NCBI GenBank assembly: GCA_026416455.1
Contig: JAOAFE010000002.1
Location: 24,212 to 88,211 of the forward strand
Direction of reading: 5' to 3'
From: Syntrophales bacterium
Lineage (GTDB): Bacteria; Desulfobacterota; Syntrophia; Syntrophales; UBA8958
DNA: 64,000 bases
The stretch's first letter is position 1, and each line of letters starts with the position of its first letter. Below are positions 51,720-61,286 of this stretch, piece after piece. A model generated the notes under the pieces. That model saw only the letters and a list, made by a program, of their open reading frames with translations, was not told the origin of the DNA and ran no database searches. A program made the translations under genes and the position numbers.

Positions 51720-52238
51720 ATGGAAAAAAGGATTGAGGCTTTGAAAGTCGCCATAGATAATGAGAGAAGGGAGAAAGAATTTTACCAAATTCACGCGGAG
51801 AAAACGAAAAACCCACTAGGAAAAGCCATGTTCGCACGAATTGCCGAAGAGGAGGAAGAACACGAGCAAAGGATAAAAGAGTTACACGAAACATGGCTGA
51901 AGGGAGGAAAATGGCCGGAAACGGTGCCTCTTACGGTAGGGAAGACGAAGGTGCCGGATGTCCTGAAGGATTTCCTGCAAAGGGCCAAAGAAGCGCCGCC
52001 AGCTGAGGCAGATGACTTATCAGCCGTAAGAAAAGCAATCGAATTCGAAGCAAAGGGGGCGGCCTTCTATGCTCGTCTCCGGGATGAAGTCTCGGACCCC
52101 AAAGAGAAGGCATTCTTCAATCTCCTGGCCGAGATTGAGCATGAACATTACGTGTCCCTTAAAGAAACGGAAGAATTTTTTACTGATCCAGCCGCCTGGT
52201 ACCGATTGAAAGAAAAAGGGGGCCTCGACGGAGCCTAA
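51720..52238 (+). CDS. ferritin-like diiron protein (rubrerythrin family, no rubredoxin domain)
   Basis: 172 aa. ExxH motifs EEEEEHEQ and EIEHEHY within two helix pairs. GGAGGAG upstream. It lies 43 nt after the large hypothetical gene. Confidence 0.65.
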   Translation: MEKRIEALKVAIDNERREKEFYQIHAEKTKNPLGKAMFARIAEEEEEHEQRIKELHETWLKGGKWPETVPLTVGKTKVPDVLKDFLQRAKEAPPAEADDLSAVRKAIEFEAKGAAFYARLRDEVSDPKEKAFFNLLAEIEHEHYVSLKETEEFFTDPAAWYRLKEKGGLDGA

Positions 52239-52253
52239 AAATCTAAAAAAGCG

Positions 52254-53465
52254 TCAGCGACGTAAAAGGCGTTTTGAAAGGCGCTCGATGCGGTGGGCGA
52301 TTTCTCTTGACGGAGATACATTCTGCGCTCTTTTGGCATAATCAAGGGCTGCTTCGATATTGCGAGCTCGATGTTCATAGTATTTGGCCAGTTCTATCAG
52401 GGCGAAGGTATCGTAAGGGTTTCTAACTATTATCTGTTTCCAGAGGGAGACGGCCTCTTCCCAGCAACCTAATCTGCGGTATATGATGGAAAGTTCCCGG
52501 GAGGCCGATAGCCAAGATAGTTGGTCGATCTCGCAACTTCTCAAAGATTCAAAAACACGCACTGCGTGGGAAAAAGCACATCTATCGGACCAGATGCGGC
52601 CAGCCTGGATTTTATCTCCAGGAAAAATATCCGATGTCATTGAGTCTGGGTCAATAAGCTCGGTTAACTTGGCGGCTAGGGTAACGAGGGAAAGAACGTC
52701 CAACCGGTTATGTTCAAAAACCCGGGCTATAATTCGGGCGTCGCGCCTTTTCAGCCAGGCGAAATAGAGATGGGGAATTTCATAGCCCGGTACGTCTCCT
52801 TCTCTCGTGAGGCCCAGAACAACTTGCTCTAAAGTGGAAAGGCTACGGTCGTTGAGTCGATGTTTAAAAATACGCCTGGCGGGGTAGAGTAAGTCGGCAT
52901 GAGGCATATTTTCCAGCAAGGGAGGGAGGCGATTTAGAATAAAGCGCGTGTTTAGAAGATTGACGTCGAATGCCTTACCGTTGAAGGTGATGAGAAATTT
53001 CTTTTCCCTTAAGAATTCCATTATGTAATGGAGAGCTGCCCTTTCTTCGTCGTAGTCCCGAAGGAAAATTTGGTAAAGGCTAAATCCGTTTTTTTCAAAC
53101 CAACCGAGTCCGATAAGGAAGGGTAAAGTGCCTGTACCACCTACCAAACCGGTTGTTTCCGTATCGAGAAAGATCCCGTCTTCGATCCGATACTTCAGAA
53201 TTGAGGGGTCGTTGGTCAAAATGGAAAGGAGATGTGTGTCTATGGGTGTACAATCCCTTAAGACATAGCATCCGTGGCGAAAGGAACCAGGAAAAGAATA
53301 ACGAGTCAGGAAAAAACAACCTTTTTCGTTTGATATCTCTTCTCCTGGGACGAGCTCTTCAATTGAAAGGCCCGTTTTTGCTTCGAGTTGCTTATTGGTT
53401 CTCTCCGTTGCACCGGCCTTTACTCTATATCGAGTGAGCAGGGACAGACGGTCACGAATATTCAT
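52254..53465 (-). CDS. YprB-like RNase H-fold exonuclease domain protein with C-terminal TPR repeats (COG3359 architecture)
   Basis: 403 aa. IFLDTETTGL (DEDD-type first motif), ITFNGKAFDVNLL and HNRLDVLSL. The C-terminal helical repeats end in ...YYEHRARNIEAALDYAKRA. Confidence 0.7.
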   Translation of the reverse strand: MNIRDRLSLLTRYRVKAGATERTNKQLEAKTGLSIEELVPGEEISNEKGCFFLTRYSFPGSFRHGCYVLRDCTPIDTHLLSILTNDPSILKYRIEDGIFLDTETTGLVGGTGTLPFLIGLGWFEKNGFSLYQIFLRDYDEERAALHYIMEFLREKKFLITFNGKAFDVNLLNTRFILNRLPPLLENMPHADLLYPARRIFKHRLNDRSLSTLEQVVLGLTREGDVPGYEIPHLYFAWLKRRDARIIARVFEHNRLDVLSLVTLAAKLTELIDPDSMTSDIFPGDKIQAGRIWSDRCAFSHAVRVFESLRSCEIDQLSWLSASRELSIIYRRLGCWEEAVSLWKQIIVRNPYDTFALIELAKYYEHRARNIEAALDYAKRAQNVSPSREIAHRIERLSKRLLRR

Positions 53466-53472
53466 GATTTTT

Positions 53473-54903
53473 TTAATTTTTGAGTTTCTCTCGGAGGAGG
53501 TCGTTAACCAGTTTTGGGTTGGCCTTACCTTGCGTCTCTTTCATCACCTGACCGACAAAAAAGCCAAACACCTTTTCTTTGCCAGCCCGATACTGGGCTA
53601 CCTGCTCCGGATGATGGGCGATGACTCTTTCTATAACTTCCGCAATGAAACGTTCGTCCGTAATTTGGACGAGGCCCTTTTTCTCTACAATCGCTCGAGG
53701 TGCCTCTCCCGTCGAATATGCCTCTTCGAGGATCTCCTTGCCTATTTTCCCGCTGATCGTGCCTTCGCTTATAAGATTGATTATCTCTGCGAGATGCTCG
53801 GGTGTGACGGGACACTCTTTTATTGTCCGTTTGTCCTCGTTTACCAGTTTCAGCAGATCACCCATAATCCAGTTTGCGGCCGACTTCGGTTGTTGACATT
53901 TTTGGGCACACTTTTCAAAGTACTCGGCAAGGAATCTGTCCGAAGTGAGCACCCCTGCGTCATAGGTGGATAGCCCATATTCCTCCATGAATCGCTGTTT
54001 CTTTGCCCCTGGCAGTTCTGGCAAGGTGGAACGTACTTGGGCGATCCAATTTTCATCGATAAAGACTGCCACTAAATCTGGATCGGGGAAGTAGCGGTAA
54101 TCATGGGCCTCTTCCTTACCCCGCATGGCGTAGGTTACGCCCTGGCTTTCGTCCCACAGACGGGTTTCTTGTACTACTTCACCACCGCTTTCGATTATAA
54201 ACATCTGCCTCTTAATTTCGTACTCCAAAGCTCGCTGGACATGACGGAAAGAGTTCATGTTTTTTAATTCTGTCCTTGTTCCGAACTCTTTCTGCCCTCG
54301 GGGGCGGAGAGAAATGTTGGCATCGCAGCGGAAACTGCCCTCCTCCATATTTCCGTCACATATTTCCAGATAGACGAGAATATCTCTGAGGGTCCTCAGA
54401 TATTGGACGGCTTCTTCTGCGCTCCTTATGTCCGGTTCACTTACGATTTCTATCAAGGGGACGCCCGTGCGATTGAAATCTACGTAACTCATAGGGTTGG
54501 TTTCATCGTGGATGAGTTTACCCGCATCTTCTTCCATGTGAATGCGGGTGATACCTATTTTTTTCTTGCCCCCTTCCGTCTCTATTTCTACGTATCCATG
54601 CTCGGCGAGAGGAGAGGCGTATTGAGAGATCTGGTAGCCTTTCGGCAGGTCGGGGTAAAAATAATTTTTCCGCGCGAAATAGTTCTTCCGATTGATAACA
54701 CAATTAGTGGCGATAGCCATGCGAAGGGCATATTCGACGACTCTTCGGTTAAGAACGGGTAGGACGCCGGGCATCCCTAGGCAGATCGGACAGGTGTGAT
54801 GGTTAGGGCTCGCACCAAATGCGGTGGAACAGGCGCAGAAGATCTTCGAAGACGTTAGAAGTTGGGCGTGGACTTCGAGACCGATGACGGGTTCCAATTC
54901 CAT
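53473..54903 (-). CDS. gatB: Asp-tRNA(Asn)/Glu-tRNA(Gln) amidotransferase subunit B
   Basis: 476 aa. [30 protein letters not shown] and the C-terminal [17 protein letters not shown]. Confidence 0.96.
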   Translation of the reverse strand: MELEPVIGLEVHAQLLTSSKIFCACSTAFGASPNHHTCPICLGMPGVLPVLNRRVVEYALRMAIATNCVINRKNYFARKNYFYPDLPKGYQISQYASPLAEHGYVEIETEGGKKKIGITRIHMEEDAGKLIHDETNPMSYVDFNRTGVPLIEIVSEPDIRSAEEAVQYLRTLRDILVYLEICDGNMEEGSFRCDANISLRPRGQKEFGTRTELKNMNSFRHVQRALEYEIKRQMFIIESGGEVVQETRLWDESQGVTYAMRGKEEAHDYRYFPDPDLVAVFIDENWIAQVRSTLPELPGAKKQRFMEEYGLSTYDAGVLTSDRFLAEYFEKCAQKCQQPKSAANWIMGDLLKLVNEDKRTIKECPVTPEHLAEIINLISEGTISGKIGKEILEEAYSTGEAPRAIVEKKGLVQITDERFIAEVIERVIAHHPEQVAQYRAGKEKVFGFFVGQVMKETQGKANPKLVNDLLREKLKN

Positions 54904-56360
54904 TATAGATCTGGCCTCCTTTTTTCTATTCGGGCTTCACGTTCAAAGGCATGGGCGATCTGAAGGAGCTTTCCTTCCTGGAAGTGATTGCCCAGGAACT
55001 GAATACCGACGGGCAATCCCTCCTTCGTAAATCCGCCGGGAACGGCGATGCCGGGGATGCCGGCGAGATTGGCGGAGATGGTGAAGATGTCCGATAGATA
55101 CATTTGAATGGGGTCCTCTCTCTTTTCTCCCAATTTGAAAGCGGCGGTGGGGGTCGTCGGGGTGAGGATGACATCGCACTTTTCAAAGGCGAGATCGAAG
55201 TCCCGACGGATTAAGGCTCGGACTTGAGAAGCCTTTTTGTAATAGGCTTCGTAGTACCCGGCGGATAGAACATAGGTTCCTATGATAATGCGTCTTTTTA
55301 CCTCGTCGCCGAATCCCTGGGCCCTTGTTTTCCTGTACATCTCTAGGAGATCTCTCCCATCGGGCGAACGATAACCGTATTTAACCCCGTCATAACGAGC
55401 GAGATTGGAGCTCGCTTCCGCCGGTGCGATGATGTAGTAAGTGGCCACGCAGAAAGGTGTATGAGGGAGGGAAATCTCTTCGATACGGGCGCCGACTCCT
55501 TCGAGGGTAGAAATGGCGCGCCTTACAATCTCTTCGACTTCCGGATCAATGCCTTCGATAAAGTACTCCTTTGGTACCCCTACGGTCCAGCCCTTAATCT
55601 CTCGGTTCAGAAAGTCGCGGTAATCGGGGACCGGTTCCGGCACGGAGGTAGATTCCCTCGGATCGTAGCCAGCAAGGTGGTTCATAAAAATGGCACAGTC
55701 TTCTACGTCCTTTGTGATCGGCCCGATCTGATCGAGAGAGGAGGCGAAAGCGATGAGCCCGAAACGTGAGACCCGCCCATAGGTAGGTTTTAAGCCTACG
55801 ACACCGCAGAGGGCAGCTGGTTGTCTGATCGATCCCCCTGTATCTGAGCCAATGGCCCCTATACACTCGTGGGCCGCCACAGCAGCGGCTGAGCCACCGC
55901 TCGATCCACCGGGAATCCTCTCTAAATTCCACGGGTTTGCCGTAATACCGAAATATGACGTCTCCGTTGAGGACCCCATGGCAAATTCGTCCATGTTGGC
56001 TTTGCCTACAAAGATGGCACCGGCGGCTCGCAGTTTTTCTATGACTGTGGCATCGTAGGGGGGAATGAATCTTTCGAGAATACGCGAGCCACAGGTGGTG
56101 GGAAATCCTTTGGTACAGCAAATGTCTTTCAAGGCAATGGGAATCCCCGTAAGTTCCGTTGATTCTCCCTTCGAAAGGCGTAAGTCAGCCTCGTTTGCTT
56201 GTTCGTAGGCCGTCTCCCGCATCAGGGAAATATATGCATGAACCTTCCCTTCCACTTTTTCAATCCGGCGAAAGACGGAATCTAAAACCTCTTTTGCCGA
56301 GACCTCTTTCTTTCGCAGCTTTTTGCTTAATTCGTGCGCCGTGTATTCGCAAAGTTCCAT
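54903..56360 (-). CDS. gatA: Asp-tRNA(Asn)/Glu-tRNA(Gln) amidotransferase subunit A
   Basis: 485 aa. Amidase signature [13 protein letters not shown]...[13 protein letters not shown]. Its stop overlaps the gatB start by 1 nt. Confidence 0.96.
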   Translation of the reverse strand: MELCEYTAHELSKKLRKKEVSAKEVLDSVFRRIEKVEGKVHAYISLMRETAYEQANEADLRLSKGESTELTGIPIALKDICCTKGFPTTCGSRILERFIPPYDATVIEKLRAAGAIFVGKANMDEFAMGSSTETSYFGITANPWNLERIPGGSSGGSAAAVAAHECIGAIGSDTGGSIRQPAALCGVVGLKPTYGRVSRFGLIAFASSLDQIGPITKDVEDCAIFMNHLAGYDPRESTSVPEPVPDYRDFLNREIKGWTVGVPKEYFIEGIDPEVEEIVRRAISTLEGVGARIEEISLPHTPFCVATYYIIAPAEASSNLARYDGVKYGYRSPDGRDLLEMYRKTRAQGFGDEVKRRIIIGTYVLSAGYYEAYYKKASQVRALIRRDFDLAFEKCDVILTPTTPTAAFKLGEKREDPIQMYLSDIFTISANLAGIPGIAVPGGFTKEGLPVGIQFLGNHFQEGKLLQIAHAFEREARIEKRRPDL

Positions 56361-56373
56361 GTTCTAAACCCCA

Positions 56374-56661
56374 CTATTCGATAACTTTGGGCACGCGGAA
56401 AAAATCTCCCTGCGCCTCCGGTGCATTGGCAAGAGCCAGCTCGGGGGAGATGGAAGGTAATACTACATCTTCTCGGAAAGCATTGTTCAATGTAATAGCG
56501 TGAGACATGGGTTCAATTTCGGACGTATCCACGCTATTTAGCTTTTCCATGTAAAGGAGGATATCGTTAAGTTGCAACGTAAATCTGTCTACTTCCTCAT
56601 CGGTAAGTTCGAGTCGCGCCAGATGGGCGACGTAAAGAACTTCGTTTTTGGTTATTTTCAA
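56374..56661 (-). CDS. gatC: Asp-tRNA(Asn)/Glu-tRNA(Gln) amidotransferase subunit C
   Basis: 95 aa. MKITKNEVLYVAHLARLELTDEEV... Confidence 0.93.
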   Translation of the reverse strand: MKITKNEVLYVAHLARLELTDEEVDRFTLQLNDILLYMEKLNSVDTSEIEPMSHAITLNNAFREDVVLPSISPELALANAPEAQGDFFRVPKVIE

Positions 56662-56727
56662 CGTGTTCCTCCCGGAATTTTTTTGTCTGACCCCTATAAA
56701 AAATTGTGGAGAAAAGCAAGATGTCCT

Positions 56728-57789
56728 TCAGCATACGGGCCACTTTTCTTTTATTTGGGCAATAACCTGTGGAATGATGCGATCCCTTTGTTGTTCCGCC
56801 TCGTATTCAAGGCGGTGAATGTCATCTTCCGAGACGTGAGTTTCGCCACTCAGTTCCTTGAGTACAGCCCCTACGGAATTACGCAGGCCATGTGTATCAT
56901 ATCCCCCTTCCAGTATCAAAAGGAGTTTGCCGGCACAACATTCATCGGCCGCATCCATCACCAGGCGAGTTAGGGTGGCGAAACCAAGGGGCGTAACCTG
57001 CATGTCTCCCAGCGGATCGTGTTGATAAATATCGAAGCCGGCGGATACAAGAATAATGTCCGGGCGATAAGCCCGAGCGATGGGTTGTAGGAGGCGACGG
57101 AAAACCATGACGTACGTAGCGTTGTCCGCAAAGGCCTTTAAGGGGACGTTGACGGTGTAATACCTGCCTTCTCCCTCCCCTATCTCTGTCAGCCATCCAG
57201 AACCGGGATAGGCTGGATACTGATGGATGGAAAAGTAGAGAACTGCGCTTGTGCGATAGAAAATATTTTGAGTACCATCGCCATGATGAAGGTCCCAGTC
57301 AACGATCAGGATACGCTTTAATCCCAATTGCCGAAGAGCGTAGGCTGCCGTGATGGCAATGTTGTTGAATATACAGAATCCGGCGGAATGGTTGCGATCC
57401 GCATGGTGACCGGGTGGACGAATCAGGGCAAAGGCGTTGTCTACCTTACCTTCAATGACCGCTTCTAGGGCTGAAAGACAGCCTCCTACAGCCAGAAGGG
57501 CAGTGTCATAAGATTCTTCGGTCGCATGGGTGTCAGGGTCTAGAACGGTCAATCTTTGACCTCGAGTGGCAGCCACCATGTCAATATAGTTCTTACTATG
57601 GACGAGCATTAAGTCCTCAACATTTGCATACCGGGGTGGGAGAAGGAGGAATTTGTCTCTGAATTCGGGAGAATCGAGCAGATCATAGACTTCTTTTAGA
57701 CGACTCGGTGTTTCTGGGTTGAGTAGATAAGAGCCATGTCGTAAGTAGCGTTCGTCTTTTACGATCCCTGTTTTCTTTTTCATCTTCAC
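56728..57789 (-). CDS. histone deacetylase-family (acetoin utilisation/acetylpolyamine amidohydrolase-like) protein
   Basis: 353 aa. RPPGHHA, DWDLHHGDGTQ and GFD...DPLG motifs. Confidence 0.85.
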   Translation of the reverse strand: MKMKKKTGIVKDERYLRHGSYLLNPETPSRLKEVYDLLDSPEFRDKFLLLPPRYANVEDLMLVHSKNYIDMVAATRGQRLTVLDPDTHATEESYDTALLAVGGCLSALEAVIEGKVDNAFALIRPPGHHADRNHSAGFCIFNNIAITAAYALRQLGLKRILIVDWDLHHGDGTQNIFYRTSAVLYFSIHQYPAYPGSGWLTEIGEGEGRYYTVNVPLKAFADNATYVMVFRRLLQPIARAYRPDIILVSAGFDIYQHDPLGDMQVTPLGFATLTRLVMDAADECCAGKLLLILEGGYDTHGLRNSVGAVLKELSGETHVSEDDIHRLEYEAEQQRDRIIPQVIAQIKEKWPVC

Positions 57790-57838
57790 CCAGCTAAACC
57801 CCTATCACAAAATTACCGGTTGGGCAAAATATTTACCA

Positions 57839-57867
57839 TTGACAAACATTTTCGTGCCGCGTTATTA
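57839..57867 (+). promoter_or_regulatory. candidate sigma70-type promoter for tatA-tatC
   Basis: TTGACA (57839-57844), a 17-nt spacer, then TTATTA (57862-57867), about 20 nt upstream of the tatA ATG. Sequence match only. Confidence 0.35.
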
Positions 57868-57887
57868 ACCCGCCAGGTATATGGGCC

Positions 57888-58151
57888 ATGTTCAATATTG
57901 GAATTCCGGAACTGATCGTGATTTTTATCGTCGCCTTACTGGTGGTGGGACCAAAAAAAATTCCCGACCTAGCAAAGTCTTTAGGAAAGGCTATCGGTGA
58001 GTTTCGAAGGGCGACGGAAGATGTAACAGAATCCCTTAAGGAAACCCTTAAAGAAGATGAACCGGCCCCAAAAGATAACGGACTCAAAGATTCTCTTCTT
58101 TACGGGAAGGGGGATGATAGCTCCCCCCGCACATTTAACAATAAGACCTGA
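57888..58151 (+). CDS. tatA: twin-arginine translocase TatA/TatE family subunit
   Basis: 87 aa. [41 protein letters not shown]. Confidence 0.92.
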   Translation: MFNIGIPELIVIFIVALLVVGPKKIPDLAKSLGKAIGEFRRATEDVTESLKETLKEDEPAPKDNGLKDSLLYGKGDDSSPRTFNNKT

Positions 58152-58160
58152 GGCTTAGGG

Positions 58161-58907
58161 ATGGAAGAGGAAAAAATGCCCTTAACCTCCCATTTGGAGG
58201 AGTTAAGGAAGAGGTTGATTCGTATTCTCATTGCCGTAGGAGTGGGCTTCATCGTTTGCTATTATGTGAGGGAACAACTTTATTACGTAATCACTCGTCC
58301 GCTTGTTTCGGTGCTGCCGAAAGGTAGCCATATGATTTTTACCGGTTTACCAGAGGCTTTTTTCGTCTACATGAAAATCTGTTTCTTTGCCTCCCTCTTT
58401 CTGACCAGCCCCTTTACTTTCTATCAGATTTGGAAATTTGTCTCCCCCGGACTGTACGCCCATGAGCGTCGATACGTGGTTCCTTTTGTTTTGTCTTCTA
58501 CCTTCCTTTTTCTTGCCGGCATCACTTTCGGATACTTCGTCGTTCTTCCACCCGCCTTCAGCTTTTTCGTATCCTTTTCGACGGACTTTCTTAAACCCAT
58601 GATTTCTTTTAAGGAGTATCTCTCTTTTTCTCTGAAATTACTATTTGCTTTTGGGATCTCTTTTGAGTTGCCCGTTTTGGTGTTTTTCTTGACCAAAATA
58701 GGGGTCGTAAGCTCACGTCTTTTGAAAAGGCAGAGAAGGTACGCCATTTTATTGATTTTCATCGTGGCGGCAATCCTTACACCATCGCCGGATGCTTTTA
58801 CTCAGATTCTCATGGCTTTACCATTAATGGTATTATATGAACTCGGCATTTTTCTCGCCAAATTAGCGGAAAGAAAAAAAGCGGCAAAAAATGAAGAAAC
58901 GGAATAA
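58161..58907 (+). CDS. tatC: twin-arginine translocase subunit TatC
   Basis: 248 aa. LTSHLEELRKRLI, six TM segments, and TPSPDAFTQ. An alternative start is at 58176. Confidence 0.93.
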   Translation: MEEEKMPLTSHLEELRKRLIRILIAVGVGFIVCYYVREQLYYVITRPLVSVLPKGSHMIFTGLPEAFFVYMKICFFASLFLTSPFTFYQIWKFVSPGLYAHERRYVVPFVLSSTFLFLAGITFGYFVVLPPAFSFFVSFSTDFLKPMISFKEYLSFSLKLLFAFGISFELPVLVFFLTKIGVVSSRLLKRQRRYAILLIFIVAAILTPSPDAFTQILMALPLMVLYELGIFLAKLAERKKAAKNEETE

Positions 58908-60903
58908 AAAGCGAGGATTTTTTACTTTCTTGGTTATTTTTTCGATCCTGGCCATCTTTCTCTTTTTGGCCGTGGTTTATTATATGTTTTTTGCGGAAAT
59001 CCCTTCCATTGCCACCTTGAAGGATTACCGGCCCAATATCACAACTCGAGTGTACAGTGACCAGAACGAACTCATAGACGAGTTCTTCTTGGAAAATAGA
59101 AAAGTGATAAATATAAAAGAAGTACCCAAAGTCGTGATTTATGCATTTGTGGCAGCGGAAGACAGTCGTTTCTTCGAGCATCGGGGTCTTGATCTGGCAA
59201 GCATTATTCGAGCTTTCTTTAAAAACCTCAGTGCGGGCAGAATTGTGCAAGGGGGTAGCACCATTACTCAACAGGTGGCCAAGTCTCTATTCCTTACCCC
59301 AGAGAAAAGTTATGTTCGCAAAATTCGAGAGGCAATTCTGGCCTACAAAATTGACCGCTACCTGACGAAGGAGGAGATTCTGAATCTTTACATTAATCAA
59401 ATATACTTAGGACACGGCACTTATGGCATTGAGGCCGCGGCGCAAGGTTATTTTGGCAAGAGTGCCCGTCAACTTACCCTTCCGGAGGCAGCTATGCTTG
59501 CGGGGTTACCCAAGGCGCCAAATTATTATTCACCCTTTAACAACTTTGAAAGGGCAAGAGCGCGCCAGGCTTATGTTTTGGAGCGAATGTTCGAAGACGG
59601 TTATATAACGAAGCAAGATCGTGATCGCGCCCTTATGACCCCGTTGGTTTTGCGACCCATGAAACCCAAAGAAAAGATAGCCCCTTACTTCACCGAGCAG
59701 GTAAGGAGGTACATATTGGAGAAGTACGGAAGCGACGTACTGTATAAAGAAGGTCTTGAAATTTACACTACCCTGAATGTGGAAGCACAAAAGGCAGCCA
59801 ATGAGGCCTTAGAGCGGGGGTTGAGAGAATTAGAAGCGCGGGAACGTTTCGAGAAAGGCTCGGTTCAAGGAGCTATCGTTGTCATGGAGATGAAAACCGG
59901 GGCTATTAAGGCGATGGTTGGTGGGAGAGATTTCCAGAAGAGTGAATTTAATCGGGCAGTACAATCAAGACGCTTGCCCGGTTCCGCCTTTAAACCTTTT
60001 ATTTACGCCGCTGCATTCGACAAGGGTCTTACTCCGACACACGTGATTGTGGATGAGCCGGTAGAATATCCCGACCCATCCAGTCCCGATGGGTGGTGGC
60101 GACCAAAGAATTTCGATGGAAAGTTTAATGGCCCCACCACCTTGAGGACGGCTTTGGTACAATCACGTAATATAGTGACGGTAAAATTACTGAACGAGAT
60201 TGGTGTTGATTACGCTGCCCAATATGCGGCCAATTTAGGAATTACCTCACCCCTTTCCCGCAATCTGTCTTTAGCCCTAGGGACGTCAGCGGTATCTCTG
60301 TTGGAGATGGTGAGGGCTTATGCGACGATCGGTAATCTAGGGCAAAGAGTGACGCCTTATTTCATCACCCGGATCGTTGATCGGACAGGCCAGGTATTGG
60401 AGGAGACAACCCCCAAGGTCGAGCAGGTGATAGATCCCCGCATCGCCTTTATTACGACTCATGTCATGAGAGATGTCGTGGAAAGTGGTACCGGTCGCCG
60501 TGTTCGGGCCATAGGTAGGCCGGTGGCGGGGAAGACGGGGACAACAAACGATACGAAGGATGCATGGTTCATCGGCTTTACCCCATCTTTGGTGGCAGGC
60601 GTGTGGGTGGGTTTTGATCAAGAAAGAAGCCTGGGTCGGCAGGAAGTGGGGGGGCGGGCCGCAGCCCCCATCTGGCTGTACTGCATGTCTAAGATTCTAT
60701 CGCAAAAACCCGTCGAGGGGTTTCCGACGCCGGAGGGTATAGTGTTCGTTCGGATGAATCCCCACACGGGACAACCTTCATCCGATGGTAAGGCCATCTT
60801 TGAGTGTTTTCTCGAAGGTACTACACCACCGGGGGTTACCGTCTATTACCCCTCGGAGGGCAGTTTCGATGTCATTCCCCGCGAAGAGCCGGGTGAGGAT
60901 TGA
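58891..60903 (+). CDS. mrcA: class A penicillin-binding protein (PBP1A; glycosyltransferase plus transpeptidase)
   Basis: 670 aa with an N-terminal TM anchor. GT51 motifs EDSRFFEHRGLD and GGSTITQQ, and transpeptidase motifs SAFKP, SRN and KTGTTN. Confidence 0.92.
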   Translation: MKKRNKKRGFFTFLVIFSILAIFLFLAVVYYMFFAEIPSIATLKDYRPNITTRVYSDQNELIDEFFLENRKVINIKEVPKVVIYAFVAAEDSRFFEHRGLDLASIIRAFFKNLSAGRIVQGGSTITQQVAKSLFLTPEKSYVRKIREAILAYKIDRYLTKEEILNLYINQIYLGHGTYGIEAAAQGYFGKSARQLTLPEAAMLAGLPKAPNYYSPFNNFERARARQAYVLERMFEDGYITKQDRDRALMTPLVLRPMKPKEKIAPYFTEQVRRYILEKYGSDVLYKEGLEIYTTLNVEAQKAANEALERGLRELEARERFEKGSVQGAIVVMEMKTGAIKAMVGGRDFQKSEFNRAVQSRRLPGSAFKPFIYAAAFDKGLTPTHVIVDEPVEYPDPSSPDGWWRPKNFDGKFNGPTTLRTALVQSRNIVTVKLLNEIGVDYAAQYAANLGITSPLSRNLSLALGTSAVSLLEMVRAYATIGNLGQRVTPYFITRIVDRTGQVLEETTPKVEQVIDPRIAFITTHVMRDVVESGTGRRVRAIGRPVAGKTGTTNDTKDAWFIGFTPSLVAGVWVGFDQERSLGRQEVGGRAAAPIWLYCMSKILSQKPVEGFPTPEGIVFVRMNPHTGQPSSDGKAIFECFLEGTTPPGVTVYYPSEGSFDVIPREEPGED

Positions 60904-61286
60904 TGTTCCGTAATTTTGGTTCGGATCCGCTCTTTGTATTCGTGAATTTCCTTTTTTAAGGTTGTCAGATCTTTAATCCTATTCTCTATGCGGGCTAAAT
61001 GGTTATCCAGGAGCTCAAGAAGCCGATTGAGGACCTTGTCGTTTGATTTTTCGATCGACCAAATAGCTTCCAACTCTTGCATTTCTGCTAATGTAAGCCC
61101 GAGGGTTTTGAGGCGTTTGATAAGTTTTAGACGACGAACGTCTTCGCTGGTATATATCCTTCGACCACCCTCGATACGTTTAATCGAGTTAAGAAGACCT
61201 ATTTCTTCATAATATCTTATAGTACGCGGGGAGAGATTTACCCGCCTGGCCAGGTCCCCAATTTTTATTTCTCTTTCTCCTTTCAT
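60846..61286 (-). CDS. MerR family transcriptional regulator
   Basis: 146 aa. IKIGDLARRVNLSPRTIRYYEEIGLL HTH and a coiled-coil dimerisation helix. The start overlaps the upstream ligase stop by 4 nt. Confidence 0.88.
   Translation of the reverse strand: MKGEREIKIGDLARRVNLSPRTIRYYEEIGLLNSIKRIEGGRRIYTSEDVRRLKLIKRLKTLGLTLAEMQELEAIWSIEKSNDKVLNRLLELLDNHLARIENRIKDLTTLKKEIHEYKERIRTKITEHQSSPGSSRGMTSKLPSEG

Noticed and set aside
52254-53465. RNase H-fold plus TPR protein considered as a novel defence-type nuclease
   Set aside because: The RNase H-like plus TPR combination is the architecture I recall for the known YprB family (COG3359). No helicase, methylase or other defence partner is adjacent, so it is recorded as a feature only.
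53395-53973. 192-aa plus-strand ORF overlapping the YprB-like gene start and the gatB 3' end
   Set aside because: It lies opposite the clearly conserved gatB C-terminus ([17 protein letters not shown]). It has no motifs and no RBS.
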